Assembly (NCBI GenBank): GCA_964016885.1
Contig: OZ024740.1
Span: forward strand, 10,354,001-10,418,000
DNA: 64,000 nucleotides
From: Eledone cirrhosa
Taxonomy: Eukaryota
Direction: 5' to 3'
Shown here: positions 1 to 15,500 of the stretch, piece after piece
Numbering within the stretch: position 1 is the stretch's first letter
How the letters are laid out: every line of letters starts with the position of its first letter
Program-made: the position numbers and the translations under genes
The notes under the pieces: model-generated
What the model was told of the DNA's origin: nothing
The model's database searches: none
Seen by the model: the letters and a program-made list of their open reading frames with translations, nothing else

Positions 1-3000
1 ATGGTCTCCCACCCTCTACCGATACTGCCAATCCACCACCCTAGCATGGTGTCCCACCCTCTACCGATACTGCCAATCCACCACCCTAGCATGGTGTCAG
101 ACCCTCTACCGATACTGCCAATCCACCACCCTAACATGGTGTCCGACCCTCTACCGACACTGCCAATCCACCACCCTAGCATGGTGTCCCACCCTCTACC
201 GATACTGCCAATCCACCACCCTAGCATGGTGTCCCACCCTCTACCGATACTGCCAATCCACCACCCTAGCATGGTGTCCCACCCTCTACCGATACTGCCA
301 ATCCACCACCCTAGCATGGTGTCAGACCCTCTACCGATACTGCCAATCCACCACCCTAACATGGTGTCCGACCCTCTACCGACACTGCCAATCCACCACC
401 CTAGCATGGTGTCCCACCCTCTACCGATACTGCCAATCCACCACCCTAGCATGGTGTCCCACCCTCTACCGATACTGCCAATCCACCACCCTAGCATGGT
501 GTCCCACCCTCTACTGATACTGCCAATCCACCACCCTAGCATGGTGTCCCACCCTCTACCGATACTACCAATCCACCACGCTAGCATGGTGTCCCACTTT
601 CTACCGATACTGCCAATCCACCACCCTAGCATGGTGTCCGACCCTCTACCGATACTGCCAATCCACCACCCTAGCATGGTGTCCCACCCTCTACCGATAC
701 TGCCAATCCACCACCCTACCATGGTGTCCCACCCTCTACCTATACTGCCAATCCAACACCCTAGCATGGCATCCGACCCTCTACAGATACTGCCAATCCA
801 CCACCCTAACATGGTGTCCGACCCTCTACCGATACTGCCAATCCACCACCCTAGCATGGTGTCCCACCCTCTACCTATACTGCCAATCCAACACCCTAGC
901 ATGGCATCCGACCCTCTACAGATACTGCCAATCCACCACCCTAACATGGTGTCCGACCCTCTACCGATACTGCCAATCAACCACCCTAGCATGGTGTCCA
1001 ACCCTCTACCGATACTGCCAATCCACCACCCTAGCATGGTGTCAGACCCTCTACCGATACTGCCAATCCACCACCCTAGCATGGTGTCAGACCCTCTACC
1101 GATACTGCCAATCCACCACCCTAGCATGGTGTCCCACCCTCTACCGATACTGCCAATCCACCACCCTAGCATGATGTGAGACCCTCTACCGATACTGACA
1201 ATCCACCACCCTAGCATGGTGTCAGACCCTCTACCGATACTGCCAATCCACCGCCCTAGCATGGTGTGTGACTCTCTACCGATACTGCCAATCCACCACC
1301 CTAGCATGGTCTCCCACCCTCTACCGATACTGCCAATCCACCACCCTAGCATGGTGTCAGACCCTCTACCGATACTGCCAATCCACCACCCTAACATGGT
1401 GTCCGACCCTCTACCGATACTGCCAATCCACCACCCTAGCATGGTCTCCCACCCTCTACCGATACTGCCAATCCACCACCCTAGCATGGTGTCAGACGCT
1501 CTACCGATACTGCCAATCCACCACCCTAGCATGGTGTCAGACCCTCTACCGATACTGCCAATCCACCACCCTAGCATGGTGTCCCACTCTCTACCGATAC
1601 TGCCAATCCACCACCCTAGCATGGTGTCCCACCCTCTACCGACACTGCCAATCCACCACCCTAGCATGGTGTCCCACCCTCTACCGATACTGCCAATCCA
1701 CCACCCTAGCATGGTGTCCCACCCTCTACCGATACTGCCAATCCACCACCCTAGAATGGTGTCCCACCCTCTACCGATACTGCCAATCCACCACCATAGC
1801 ATGGTGTCCCACCCTCTACCGATACTGCCAATCCACCACCCTAGCATGGTGTCAGACCCTCTACCGATACTGACAATCCACCACCCTAGCATGGTGTGAG
1901 ACCCTCTACCGATACTGCCAATCCACCGCCCTAGCATGGTGTCTGACTCTCTACCGATACTGCCAATCCACCACCCTAGCATGGTGTCAGACCCTCTACC
2001 GATACTGCCAATCCACCACCCTAGCATGGTGTCCCACCCTCTACCGATACTGCCAATCCACCACACTAGCATGGTGTCCCACTTTCTACCGATACTGCCA
2101 ATCCACCACCCTAGCATGGTGTCCCACCCTCTACCGATACTGCCAATCCACCACCCTAGCATGGTGTCCCACCCTCTACCGATCCTGCCATCCACCACCC
2201 TAGCATGGTGTCAGACCCTCTACCGATACTGCCAATCCACAACCCTAACATGGTGTCAGACCCTCTACCGATACTGCCAATCCACCGCCCTAGCATGGTG
2301 TCCCACCCTCTACCGATACTGCCAATCCACCACCCTAGCATGGTGTCCCACTTTCTACCGATACTGCCAATCCACCACCCTAGCATCGTGTCCCACCCTC
2401 TACCGATACTGCCAATCCACCACCCTAGCATGGTGTCCCACCCTCTACCGATCCTGCCATCCACCACCCTAGCATGGTGTCAGACCCTCTACCGATACTG
2501 CCAATCCACCGCCCTAGCATGTTGTCAGACCCTCTACCGATACTGCCAATACACCGCCCTAGCATGGTGTCAGACCCTCTACCGATACTGCCAATCCACC
2601 GCCCTAGCATGGTGTCCCACCCTCTACCGATACTGCCAATCCACCACCCTAGCATGGTGTCCAACCCTCTACCGATACTGCCAATCCACCACCCTAGCAT
2701 GGTGTCCGACCCTCTACCGATACTGCCAATCCACAACCCTAACATGGTGTCCAACCCTCTACCGATACTGCCAATCCACCACCCTAGCATGGTGTCAGAC
2801 CCTCTACCGATACTGCCAATCCACCACCCTAGCATGGTGTCAGACCCTCTACCGATACTGCCAATCCACAACCCTAACATGGTGTCAGACCCTCTACCGA
2901 TACTGCCAATCCACCACCCTAGCATGGTGTCCAACCCTCTACCGATACTGCCAATCCACCACCCTAGCATGGTGTCCAACCCTCTACCGATACTGCCAAT

Positions 3001-4542
3001 CCACCACCCTAGCATGGTGTCAGACCCTCTACCGATACTGCCAATCCACAACCCTAACATGGTGTCAGACCCTCTACCGATACTGCCAATCCACCACCCT
3101 AGCATGGTGTCCAACCCTCTACCGATACTGCCAATCCACCACCCTAGCATGGTGTCCGACCCTCTACCGATACTGCCAATCCACCGCCCTAGCATGGTGT
3201 CCCACCCTCTACCGATACTGCCAATCCACCACCCTAGCATGGTGTCCCACCCTCTACCGATAGTGCCAATCCACCACCCTAGCATGGTGTCAGAGCTCTA
3301 CCGATACTGCCAATCCACCACCCTAGCATGGTGTCCCACCCTCTACCGATAGTGCCAATCCACCGCCCTAGCATGCTGTCAGACCCTCTACCGATACTGC
3401 CAATCCACCACCCTAGCATGGTGTCCCACCCTCTACCGATAGTGCCAATCCACCACCCTAGCATGGTGTCAGACCCTCTACCGATACTGCCAATCCACCA
3501 CCCTAGCATGGTGTCAGATCCTCTACCGATACTGCCAATCCACCACCCTAGCATGGTGTCCCACTCTCTACCGATACTGCCAATCCACCACCCTAGCATG
3601 GTGTCAGACCCTCTTCCGATACTGCCAATCCAACACCCTAGCATGGTGTCCCACTCTCTACCGATACTGCCAATCCACCACCCTAGCATGGTGTCCCACC
3701 CTCTACCGATACTGCCAATCCAACACCCTAGCATGGTGTCCCACTCTCTACCGATACTGCCAATCCACCACCCTAGCATGGTGTCAGACCCTCTTCCGAT
3801 ACTGCCAATCCAACACCCTAGCATGGTGTCCCACCCTCTACCGATACTGCCAATCCACCACCCTAGCATGGTGTCAGACCCTCTACCGATACTGCCAATC
3901 CACCACCCTAGCATGGTGTCCCACCCTCTACCGATACTGCCAATCCAACACCCTAGCATGGTGTCCCACTCTCTACCGATACTGACAATCCACCACCCTA
4001 GCATGGTGTCAGACGCTCTACCGATACTGCCAATCCACCGCCCTAGCATGGTGTCAGACCCTCTACCGATACTGCCAATCCACAACCCTATCATGGTGTC
4101 AGACCCTCTACCGATACTGCCAATCCACCACCCTAGCATGCTGTCCCATGCTCTACCGATACTGCCAATTCACCACCCTAGCATGGTGTCCCACCCTCTA
4201 CCGATACTGCCAATCCACCACCCTAGCATGGTGTCCGATCCTCTACCGATACTGCCAATCCACCCCCCTAGCATGGTGTCAGACCCTCTACCGATACTGC
4301 CAATCCACCACCCTAGCATGGTGTCCCACCCTCTACCGATACTGCCGATCCACCACCCTAGCATGGTGTCAGACCCTCTACCGATACTGCCAATCCACCA
4401 CCCTAGCATGGTGTCCCACCCTCTACCGATACTGCCAATCCACCACCCTAGCATGGTGTCAGACCCTCTACCGATACTGCCAATCCACCACCCTAGCATG
4501 GTGTCCGATCCTCTACCGATACTGCCAATCCACCCCCCTAGC

Positions 4543-7463
4543 ATGGTGTCAGACCCTCTACCGATACTGCCAATCCACCACCCTAGCATGGTGTCCCACT
4601 CTCTACCGATACTGCCAATCCACCACCCTAGCATGGTGTCCCACCCTCTACCGATACTGCCAATCCACCACACTAGCATGGTGTCCCACTCTCTACCGAT
4701 ACTGCCAATCCACCACCCTAGCATGGTGTCCCACCCTCTACCGATACTGCCAATCCACCACACTAGCATGGTGTCCCACTCTCTACCGATACTGCCAATC
4801 CACCACCCTAGCATGGTGTCCCACCCTCTACCGATACTGCCAATCCACCACCCTAGCATGGTGTCCCACCCTCTACCGATACTGCCAATCCACCACCCTA
4901 GCATGGTGTCCCACCCTCTAACGATACTGCCAATCAACCTCCCTAGCATGGTGTCCAACCCTCTACCGATACTGCCAATCCACCACCCTAGCATGGTGTC
5001 AGACCCTCTACCGATACTGCCAATCCACCACCCTAGCATGGTGTCAGACCCTCTACCGATACTGCCAATCCACCGCCCTAGCATGGTGTCTGACTCTCTA
5101 CCGATACTGACAATCCACCACCCTATCATGGTGTCCAACCCTCTAACGATACTGCCAATCCACCACCCTAGCATGGTGTCAGACCCTCTACCGATACTGC
5201 CAATCCACCACCCTAGCATGGTGTCAGACCCTCTACCGATACTGCCAATCCACCACCCTAACATGGTGTCCGACCCTCTACCGATACTGCCAATCCACCA
5301 CCCTAGCATGGTCTCCCACCCTCTACCGATACTGCCAATCCACCACCCTAGCATGGTGTCAGACCCTCTACCGATACTGCCAATCCACCACCCTAGCATG
5401 GTGTCAGACCCTCTACCGATACTGCCAATCCACCACCCTAGCATGGTGTCCCACTCTCTACCGATACTGCCAATCCACCACCCTAGCATGGTGTCCCACC
5501 CTCTACCGACACTGCCAATCCACCACCCTAGCATGGTGTCCCACTCCCTACCGATACTGCCAATCCACCACCCTAGCATGGTGTCCCACCCTCTACCGAT
5601 ACTGCCAATCCACCACCCTAGTATGGTGTCAGACCCTCTACCGATACTGACAATCCACCACCCTAGCTTGGTGTCAGACCCTCTACCGATACTGCCAATC
5701 CACCGCCCTAGCATGGTGTCTGACTCTTACCGATACTGCCAATCCACCACCCTAGCATGGTGTCCGACCCTCTACCGATACTGCCAATCCAACACCCTAG
5801 CATGGTGTCCCACCCTCTACCGATACTGCCAATCCACCACCCTAGACTGGTGTCAGACCCTCTACCGATACTGCCAATCCACCACCCTAGCATGGTGTCC
5901 CACCCTCTACCGATACTGCCAATCCACCACCCTAGCATGGTGTCAGACCCTCTACCGATCCTGCCATCCACCACCCTAGCATGGTGTCAGACCCTCTACC
6001 GATACTGCCAATCCACCACCCTAGCATGGTGTCCCACTCTCTACCGATACTGCCAATCCACCACCCTAGCATGGTGTCCCACCCTCTACCGATACTGCCA
6101 ATCCACCACACTAGCATGGTGTCCCACTCTCTACCGATACTGCCAATCCACCACCCTAGCATGGTGTCCCACCCTCTACCGATACTGCCAATCCACCACA
6201 CTAGCATGGTGTCCCACTCTCTACCGATACTGCCAATCCACCACCCTAGCATGGTGTCCCACCCTCTACCGATACTGCCAATCCACCACCCTAGCATGGT
6301 GTCCCACCCTCTACCGATACTGCCAATCCACCACCCTAGCATGGTGTCAGACCCTCTAACGATACTGCCAATCCACCACCCTAGCATGGTTTCCCACCCT
6401 CTAACGATACTGCCAATCAACCTCCCTAGCATGGTGTCCAACCCTCTACCGATACTGCCAATCCACCACCCTAGCATGGTGTCAGACCCTCTACCGATAC
6501 TGCCAATCCACCACCCTAGCATGGTGTCAGACCCTCTACCGATACTGCCAATCCACCGCCCTAGCATGGTGTCTGACTCTCTACCGATACTGACAATCCA
6601 CCACCCTAGCATGGTGTCCGACCCTCTAACGATACTGCCAATCCACCACCCTAGCATGGTGTCAGACCCTCTACCGATACTGCCAATCCACCACCCTAGC
6701 ATGGTGTCAGACCCTCTACCGATACTGACAATCCACCACCCTAACATGGTGTCCGACCCTCTACCGATACTGCCAATCCACCACCCTAGCATGGTCTCCC
6801 ACCCTCTACCGATACTGCCAATCCACCACCCTAGCATGGTGTCAGACCCTCTACCGATACTGCCAATCCACCACCCTAGCATGGTGTCAGACCCTCTACC
6901 GATACTGCCAATCCACCACCCTAGCATGGTGTCCCACTCTCTACCGATACTGCCAATCCACCACCCTAGCATGGTGTCCCACCCTCTACCGACACTGCCA
7001 ATCCACCACCCTAGCATGGTGTCCCACTCCCTACCGATACTGCCAATCCACCACCCTAGCATGGTGTCCCACCCTCTACCGATACTGCCAATCCACCACC
7101 CTAGTATGGTGTCAGACCCTCTACCGATACTGACAATCCACCACCCTAGCTTGGTGTCAGACCCTCTACCGATACTGCCAATCCACCGCCCTAGCATGGT
7201 GTCTGACTCTTACCGATACTGCCAATCCACCACCCTAGCATGGTGTCCGACCCTCTACCGATACTGCCAATCCACCACCCTAGCATGGTCTCCCACCCTC
7301 TACCGATACTGCCAATCCACCACCCTAGCATGGTGTCAGACCCTCTACCGATACTGCCAATCCACCACCCTAGCATGGTGTCCCACCCTCTGCCGATACT
7401 GCCAATCCACCACCCTAGCATGGTGTCAGACCCTCTACCGATCCTGCCATCCACCACCCTAGC
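4543..7463 (+). repeat. Tandem duplication within the array: 32 monomers (4543-5980) and 33 monomers (5981-7463)
   Basis: Both copies show the same ordered rare variants: aacgat..caacctcc, cactcccta, ctagtatg, ctagcttg, deletion tgactcttac (~5726/~7209) and gatcctgccatcc (~5960/~7443). ORF ends are offset by 1483 bp. A partial third copy lies at ~10832-11460. Confidence 0.9.
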
Positions 7464-10400
7464 ATGGTGTCAGACCCTCTACCGATACTGCCAATCCACC
7501 GCCCTAGCATGGTGTCAGACCCTCTACCGATACTGCAAATGCACCGCCCTAGCATGGTGTCAGACCCTCTACCGATACTGCCAATCCACCGCCCTAGCTT
7601 GGTGTCAGACCCTCTACCGATACTGCCAATCCTCAACCCTAGCATGGTGTCCGACCCTCTACCGATACTGCCAATCCACCACCCTAGCATGGTGTCAGAC
7701 CCTCTACCGATACTGCCAATCCACCACCCTAGCATGGTGTCAGACCCTCTACCGATAATGCCAATCCACCCCCCTAGCATGGTGTCAGACCCTCTACCGA
7801 TACTGCCAATCCACCACCCTAGCATGGTGTCCGACCCTCTACCGATACTGCCAATCCACCACCCTAGCATGGTGTCAGACCCTCTACCGATAATGCCAAT
7901 CCACCCCCCTAGCATGGTGTCAGACCCTCTACCGATACTGCCAATCCACCACCCTAGCATGGTGTCAGACCCTCTACCGATAATGCCAATCCACCCCCCT
8001 AGCATGGTGTCAGACCCTCTACCGATACTGCCAATCCACCACCCTAGCATGGTGTCAGACCCTCTACCGATACTGCCAATCCACCACCCTAGCATGGTGT
8101 CAGACCCTCTACCGATACTGCCAATCCACCACACTAGCATGGTGTCCCACTCTCTACCGATACTGCCAATCCACCACCCTAGCATGGTGTCCCACCCTCT
8201 ACCGATACTGCCAATCCACCACTCTAACATGGTGTCCCACCCTCTACCGATACTGCCAATCCACCACACTAGCATGGTGTCCCACTCTCTACCGATACTG
8301 CCAATCCACCACCCTAGCATGGTGTCCCACCCTCTACCGATCCTGCCATCCACCACCCTAGCATGGTGTCAGACCCTCTACCGATACTGTCAATCCACCA
8401 CCCTAGCATGGTGTCAGACCCTCTACCGATACTGCCAATCCACAACCCTAGCATGGTGTCAGACCCTCTACCGATACTGCCAATCCACCGCCCTAGCATG
8501 GTGTCAGACCCTCTACCGATACTGCCAATCCACCACCCTAGCATGGCGTCCCACCCTCTACCGATACTGCCAATCCACCACCCTAGCATGGTGTCCCACC
8601 CTCTACCGATACTGCCAATCCACCACCCTAGCATGGTGTCAGACCCTCTACCGATACTGCCAATCCACCACACTAGCATGGTGTCCCACTCTCTACCGAT
8701 ACTGCCAATCCACCACCCTAGCATGGTGTCCCACCCTCTACCGATACTGCCAATCCACCACCCTAGCATGGTGTCCCACTCTCTACCGATACTGCCAATC
8801 CACCACCCTAGCATGGTGTCAGACCCTCTACCGATACTGCCAATCCACCACCCTAGCATGGTGTCCCACCCTCTACCGATACTGCCAATCCACCACCCTA
8901 GCATGGTGTCCCACTCTCTACCGATACTGCCAATCCACCACCCTAGCATGGTGTCCCACCCTCTACCGATACTGCCAATCCACCACTCTAGCATGGTGTC
9001 CCACCCTCTACCGATACTGCCAATCCACCACACTAGCATGGTGTCCCACTCTCTACCGATACTGCCAATCCACCACCCTAGCATGGTGTCCCACCCTCTA
9101 CCGATCCTGCCATCCACCACCCTAGCATGGTGTCAGACCCTCTACCGATACTGTCAATCCACCACCCTAGCATGGTGTCAGACCCTCTACCGATACTGCC
9201 AATCCACAACCCTAGCATGGTGTCAGACCCTCTACCGATACTGCCAATCCACCGCCCTAGCATGGTGTCAGACCCTCTACCGATACTGCCAATCCACCAC
9301 CCTAGCATGGTGTCCCACCCTCTACCGATACTGCCAATCCACCACCCTAGCATGGTGTCCCACCCGCTACCGATACTGCCAATCCACCACCCTCCATGGT
9401 GTCCCACCCTCTACCGATACTGCCATTCCACCACCCTAGCATGGTGTCCGACCCTCTACCGATACTGCCAATCCACCACCCTAGCATGGTGTCCCACCCT
9501 CTACCGATACTGCCAATCCACCCCCCTAGCATGGTGTCCCACCCGCTACCGATACTGCCAATCCACCACCCTCCATGGTGTCCCACCCTCTACCGTTACT
9601 GCCAATCCACCACCCTAGCACGGTGTCCCACCCTCTACCGATACTGCCAATCCACCACCCTAGCATGGTGTCCCACCCTCTACCGATACTGCCAATCCAC
9701 CACCCTAGCATGGTGTCCCACTTTCTACCGATACTGCCAATCCACCACCCTAGCATGGTGTCCCATTTCTACCGATACTGACAATCCACCGCCCTAGCAT
9801 GGTGTCCGAGCCTCTACCGATACTGCCAATTCACCACCCTAGCATGGTGTCCCACCCTCTACCGATACTGCCAATTCACCACCCTAGCATGGTGTCCCAC
9901 CCTCTACCGATACTGCCAATCCACCACACTAGCATGGTGTCCCACTCTCTACCGATGCTGCCAATCCACCACCCTAGCATGGTGTCCCACTCTCTACCGA
10001 TACTGCCAATCCACCACCCTAGCATGGTGTCAGACCCTCTACCGATACTGCCAATCCACCACCCTAGCATGGTGTCCCACCCTCTACCGATACTGCCGAT
10101 CCACCACCCTAGCATGGTGTCAGACCCTCTACCGATACTGCCAATCCACCACCCTAGCATGGTGTCCCACCCTCTACCGATACTGCCGATCCACCACCCT
10201 AGCATGGTGTCAGACCCTCTACCGATACTGCCGATCCACCACCCTAGCATGGTGTCCCACCCTCTACCGATACTGCCAATCCACCGCCCTAGCATGGTGT
10301 CAGACCCTCTACCGATACTGCAAATCCACAGCCCTAGCATGGTGTCCCACCCTCTACCGATACTGCCGATCCACCACCCTAGCATGGTGTCAGACCCTCT

Positions 10401-12589
10401 ACCGATACTGCCGATCCACCACCCTACCATGGTGTCCGACCCTCTACCGATACTGCCAATCCACCGCCCTAGCATGGTGTCAGACCCTCTACCGATACTG
10501 CCAATCCACAACCCTAGCATGGTGTCAGACCCTCTACCGATAATGCCAATCCACCGCCCTAGCATGGTGTCAGACCCTCTAACGATACTGCCAATCCACC
10601 GCCCTAGCATGGTGTCAGACCCTCTACCGATACTGCCAATCACCACCCTAGCATGGTGTCCGACCCTCTACCGATACTGCCAATCCACCACCCTAGCATG
10701 GTGTCAGACCCTCTACCGATACTGCCAATCCACCACCCTAGCATGGTGTCAGACCCTCTACCGATACTGCCAATCCACCACCCTAGCATGGTGTCAGACC
10801 CTCTACCGATACTGCCAATCACCACCCTAGCATGGTGTCCGACCCTCTACCGATACTGCCAATCCACCACCCTAGCATGGTGTCAGACCCTCTACCGATA
10901 CTGCCAATCCACCACCCTAACATGGTGTCCGACCCTCTACCGATACTGCCAATCCACCACCCTAGCATGGTCTCCCACCCTCTACCGATACTGCCAATCC
11001 ACCACCCTAGCATGGTGTCAGACCCTCTACCGATACTGCCAATCCACCACCCTAACATGGTGTCCCACCCTCTACCGATACTGCCAATCCACCACCCTAG
11101 CATGGTGTCCCACTCTCTACCGATACTGCCAATCCACCACCCTAGCATGGTGTCCCACCCTCTACCGACACTGCCAATCCACCACCCTAGCATGGTGTCC
11201 CACTCCCTACCGATACTGCCAATCCACCACCCTAGCATGGTGTCCCACCCTCTACCGATACTGCCAATCCACCACCCTAGTATGGTGTCAGACCCTCTAC
11301 CGATACTGACAATCCACCACCCTAGCATGGTGTCAGACCCTCTACCGATACTGCCAATCCACCGCCCTAGCATGGTGTCTGACTCTTACCGATACTGCCA
11401 ATCCACCACCCTAGCATGGTGTCCGACCCTCTACCGATACTGCCAATCCACCACCCTAGCATGGTGTCAGACCCTCTACCGATACTGCCAATCCACCACC
11501 CTAGCATGGTGTCAGACCCTCTACCGATACTGCCAATCCACCACCGTAACATGGTGTCCGACCCTCTACCGATACTGCCAATCCACCACCCTAGCATGGT
11601 CTCCCACCCTCTACCGATACTGCCAATCCACCACCCTAGCATGGTGTCAGACCCTCTACCGATACTGCCAATCCACCACCCTAGCATGGTGTCAGACCCT
11701 CTACCGATACTGCCAATCCACCACCCTAGCATAGTGTCCCACCCTCTACCGATACTGCCAATCCACCACCCTAGCATGGTGTCCCACTCTCTACCGATAC
11801 TGCCAGTCCACCACCCTAGCATGGTGTCTCACCCTCTACCGATACTGTCAATCCACCACACTAGCATGGTGTCACACTCTCTACCGATACTGCCAATCCA
11901 CCACCCTAGCATGGTGTCCCACCCTCTACCGATACTGCCAATCCACCACCCTAGCATGGTGTCCCACCCTCTACCGATACTGCCAATCCACCACCCTAGT
12001 ATGGTGTTCCACCCTCTACCGATACTGCCAATCCACCACCCTAGCATGTGTCCCACCCTCTACCGATACTGCCAATCCACCACCCTAGCATGGTGTCCCA
12101 CCCTCTACCGATACTGCCAATCCACCACCCTAGTATGGTGTTCCACCCTCTACCGATACTGCCAATCCACCACCCTAGCATGGTGTCCCACCCTCTACCG
12201 ATACTGCCAATCCACCACCCTAGCATGGTGTCCCACCCTCTACCGATACTGCCAATCCACCGCCCTAGTATGGTGTTCCACCCTCTACCGATACTGCCAA
12301 TCCGCAACCCTAGCATGGTGTCCCACTCTCTACCGATACTGCCAATCCACCACCCTAGCATGGTGTCAGACCCTCTACCGATACTGCCAATCCACCACCC
12401 TAGCATGGTGTCCCACCCTCTACCGATACTGCCAATCCACCACCCTAGCATGGTGTCAGACCCTCTACCGATACTGCCAATCCACCACCCTAGCATGGTG
12501 TCCCACCCTCTACCGATACTGCCAATCCACCACCCTAGCATGGTGTCCCACTCTCTACCGATACTGCCAATCCACCACCCTAGCATGGT

Positions 12590-15500
12590 GTCCCACCCTC
12601 TACCGATACTGCCAATCCACCACCCTAGCATGGTGTCCCACTCTCTACCGATACTGCCAATCCACCACCCCAGCATGGTGTCCCACTCTCTACCGATACT
12701 GCCAATCCACCACCCTAGCATGGTGTCCGATCCTCTACCGATACTGCCAATTCACCACCCTAGCATGGTGTCAGACCCTCTACCGATACTGCCAATCCAC
12801 CACCCTAGCATGGTGTCCGATCCTCTACCGATACTGCCAATCCACCACCCTAGCATGGTGTCCCACCCTCTACCGATACTGCCAATCCACCACCCTAGCA
12901 TGGTGTCCCACCCTCTACCGATACTGACAATCCACCACCCTAGCATGGTGTCAGACCCTCTACCGATACTGCCAATCCACCACCCTAGCATGGTGTCCCA
13001 CCCTCTACCGATCCTGCCATCCACCACCCTAGCATGGTGTCAGACCCTTTACCGATACTGCCAATCCACAACCCTAGCATGGTGTCAGACGCTCTACCGA
13101 TACTGCCAATCCACCACCCTAGCATGGTGTCAGACCCTTTACCGATACTGCCAATCCACCGCCCTAGCATGGTGTCAGACCCTCTTCCGATACTGCCAAT
13201 CCACCACCCTAGCATGGTGTCCCATGCTCTACCGATACTGCCAATCCACCACCCTAGCATGGTGTCCGACCCTCTACCGATACTGCCAATCTACCACCCT
13301 AGCATGGTGTCCAACCCGCTACCGATACTGCCAATCCACCACCCTCCATGGTGTCCCACCCTCTACCGATACTGCCAATCCACCACCCTAGCATGGTGTC
13401 CCACTTTCTACCGATACTGCCAATCCACCACCCTAGCGTGGTGTCCCACCCTCTACCGATACTGCCAATCCACCACCCTAGCATGGTGTCCCACTTTCTA
13501 CCGATACTGACAATCCACCGCCCTAGCATGGTGTCCGACCCTCTACCGATACTGCCAATCCACCACACTAGCATGGTGTCCCACTCTCTACCGATACTGC
13601 CAATCCACCACCCTAGCATGGTGTCCCACTCTCTACCGATATTGCCAATCCACCACCCTAGCATGGTGTCCGATCCTCTACCGATACTGCCAATCCACCC
13701 CCCTAGCATGGTGTCAGACCCTCTACCGATACTGCCAATCCACCACCCTAGCATGGTGTCCCACCCTCCACCGATACTGCCGATCCACCACCCTAGCATG
13801 GTGTCAGACCCTCTACCGATACTGCCAATCCACCACCCTAGCATGGTGTCCCACCCTCTACCGATACTGCCAATCCACCACCCTAGCATGGTGTCAGACC
13901 CTCTACCAATACTGCCAATCCACCACCCTAGCATGGTGTCCCACCCTCTACCGATACTGCCAATCCACCACCCTAGCATGGTGTCAGACCCTCTACCAAT
14001 ACTGCCAATCCACCACCCTAGCATGGTGTCCCACTCTCTACCGATACTGCCAATCCACCACCCTAGCATGGTGTCCCACCCTCTACCGATACTGCCAATC
14101 AACCACCCTAGCATGGTGTCCCACTCTCTACCGATACTGCCAATCCACCACCCTAGCATGGTGTCCGACCCTCTACCGATACTGCCAATCCACCGCCCTA
14201 GCATGGTGTCCCACCCTCTACCGATACTGCCAATCCACCACCCTAGCATGGTGTCCCACCCTCTACCGATACTGCCAATCCACCACCCTAGCATGGTGTC
14301 AGACCCTCTACCGATACTGCCAATCCACCACCCTAGCATGGTGACCCACCCTCTACCGATACTGCCAATCAACCACCCTAGCATGGTGTCCCACCCTCTA
14401 CCGATACTGCCAATCCACCACCCTAGCATGGTGTCCCACCCTCTACCGATACTGCCAATCCACCACACTAGAATGGTGTCCCACTCTCTAGCAATACTGC
14501 CAATCCATTACCCTAGCATGGTGTCCCACCCTCTACCGATACTGCCAATCCACCACCCTAGCATGGTGTCACACCCTCTACCGATACTGCCAATCCACCA
14601 CCCTAGCATGGCGTCCGACCCTCTACCGATACTGCCAATCCACCACCCTAGCATGGCGTCCGACCCTCTACCGATACTGCCAATCCACCACCCTAGCATG
14701 GTGTCCCACCCTCTTCCGATACTGCCAATCCACCACACTAGAATGGTGTCCCACTCTCTAGCAATACTGCCAATCCATTACCCTAGCATGGTGTCCCACC
14801 CTCTACCGATACTGCCAATCCACCACCCTAGCATGGTGTCACACCCTCTACCGATACTGCCAATCCACCACCCTAGCATGGTGTCCGATCCTCTACCGAT
14901 ACTGCCAATCCACCACCCTAGCATGGTGTCCCACCCTCTACCGATACTGCCAATCCACCACCCAAGCATGGTGTCAGACCCTCTACCGATACTGCCAATC
15001 CACCACCCTAGCATGGTGTCCCACCCTCTACCGATACTGCCAATCCACCACCCTAGCATGGTGTCAGACCCTCTACCGATACTGCCAATCCACCGCCCTA
15101 GCATGGTGTCAGACCCTCTACCGATACTGCCAATACACCGCCCTAGCATGGTGTCCGACCCTCTACCGATAGTGCCAATCCACCACCCTAGCATGGTGTC
15201 CGACCCTCTACCGATACTGCCAATCCACCGCCCTAGCATGGTGTCAGACCCTCTACCGATACTGCCAATCCACCATCCTAGCATGGTGTCCTACCCTCTA
15301 CCGATACTGCCAATCCACCACCCTAGCATGGTGTCCCACTCTCTACCGATACTGCCAATCCACCACCCTAGCATGGTGTCCCACCCTCTACCGACACTGC
15401 CAATCCACCACCCTAGCATGGTGTCCCACCCTCTACCGATACTGCCAATCCACCACCCTAGCATGGTGTCCCACTCTCTACCGATACTGCCAATCCACCA

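Noticed and set aside
37-51. Hairpin CACC-ctagcat-GGTG across the monomer junction, and CTAG as a Helitron 3' end
   Set aside because: A 4-bp stem is expected by chance and too weak, and no other Helitron hallmarks are present.
354-359. Telomere hexamer CCCTAA in ccctaac variants (consensus CCCTAG)
   Set aside because: It is a single hexamer per monomer, in a minority of monomers and never tandem. This is not enough to claim telomeric origin.
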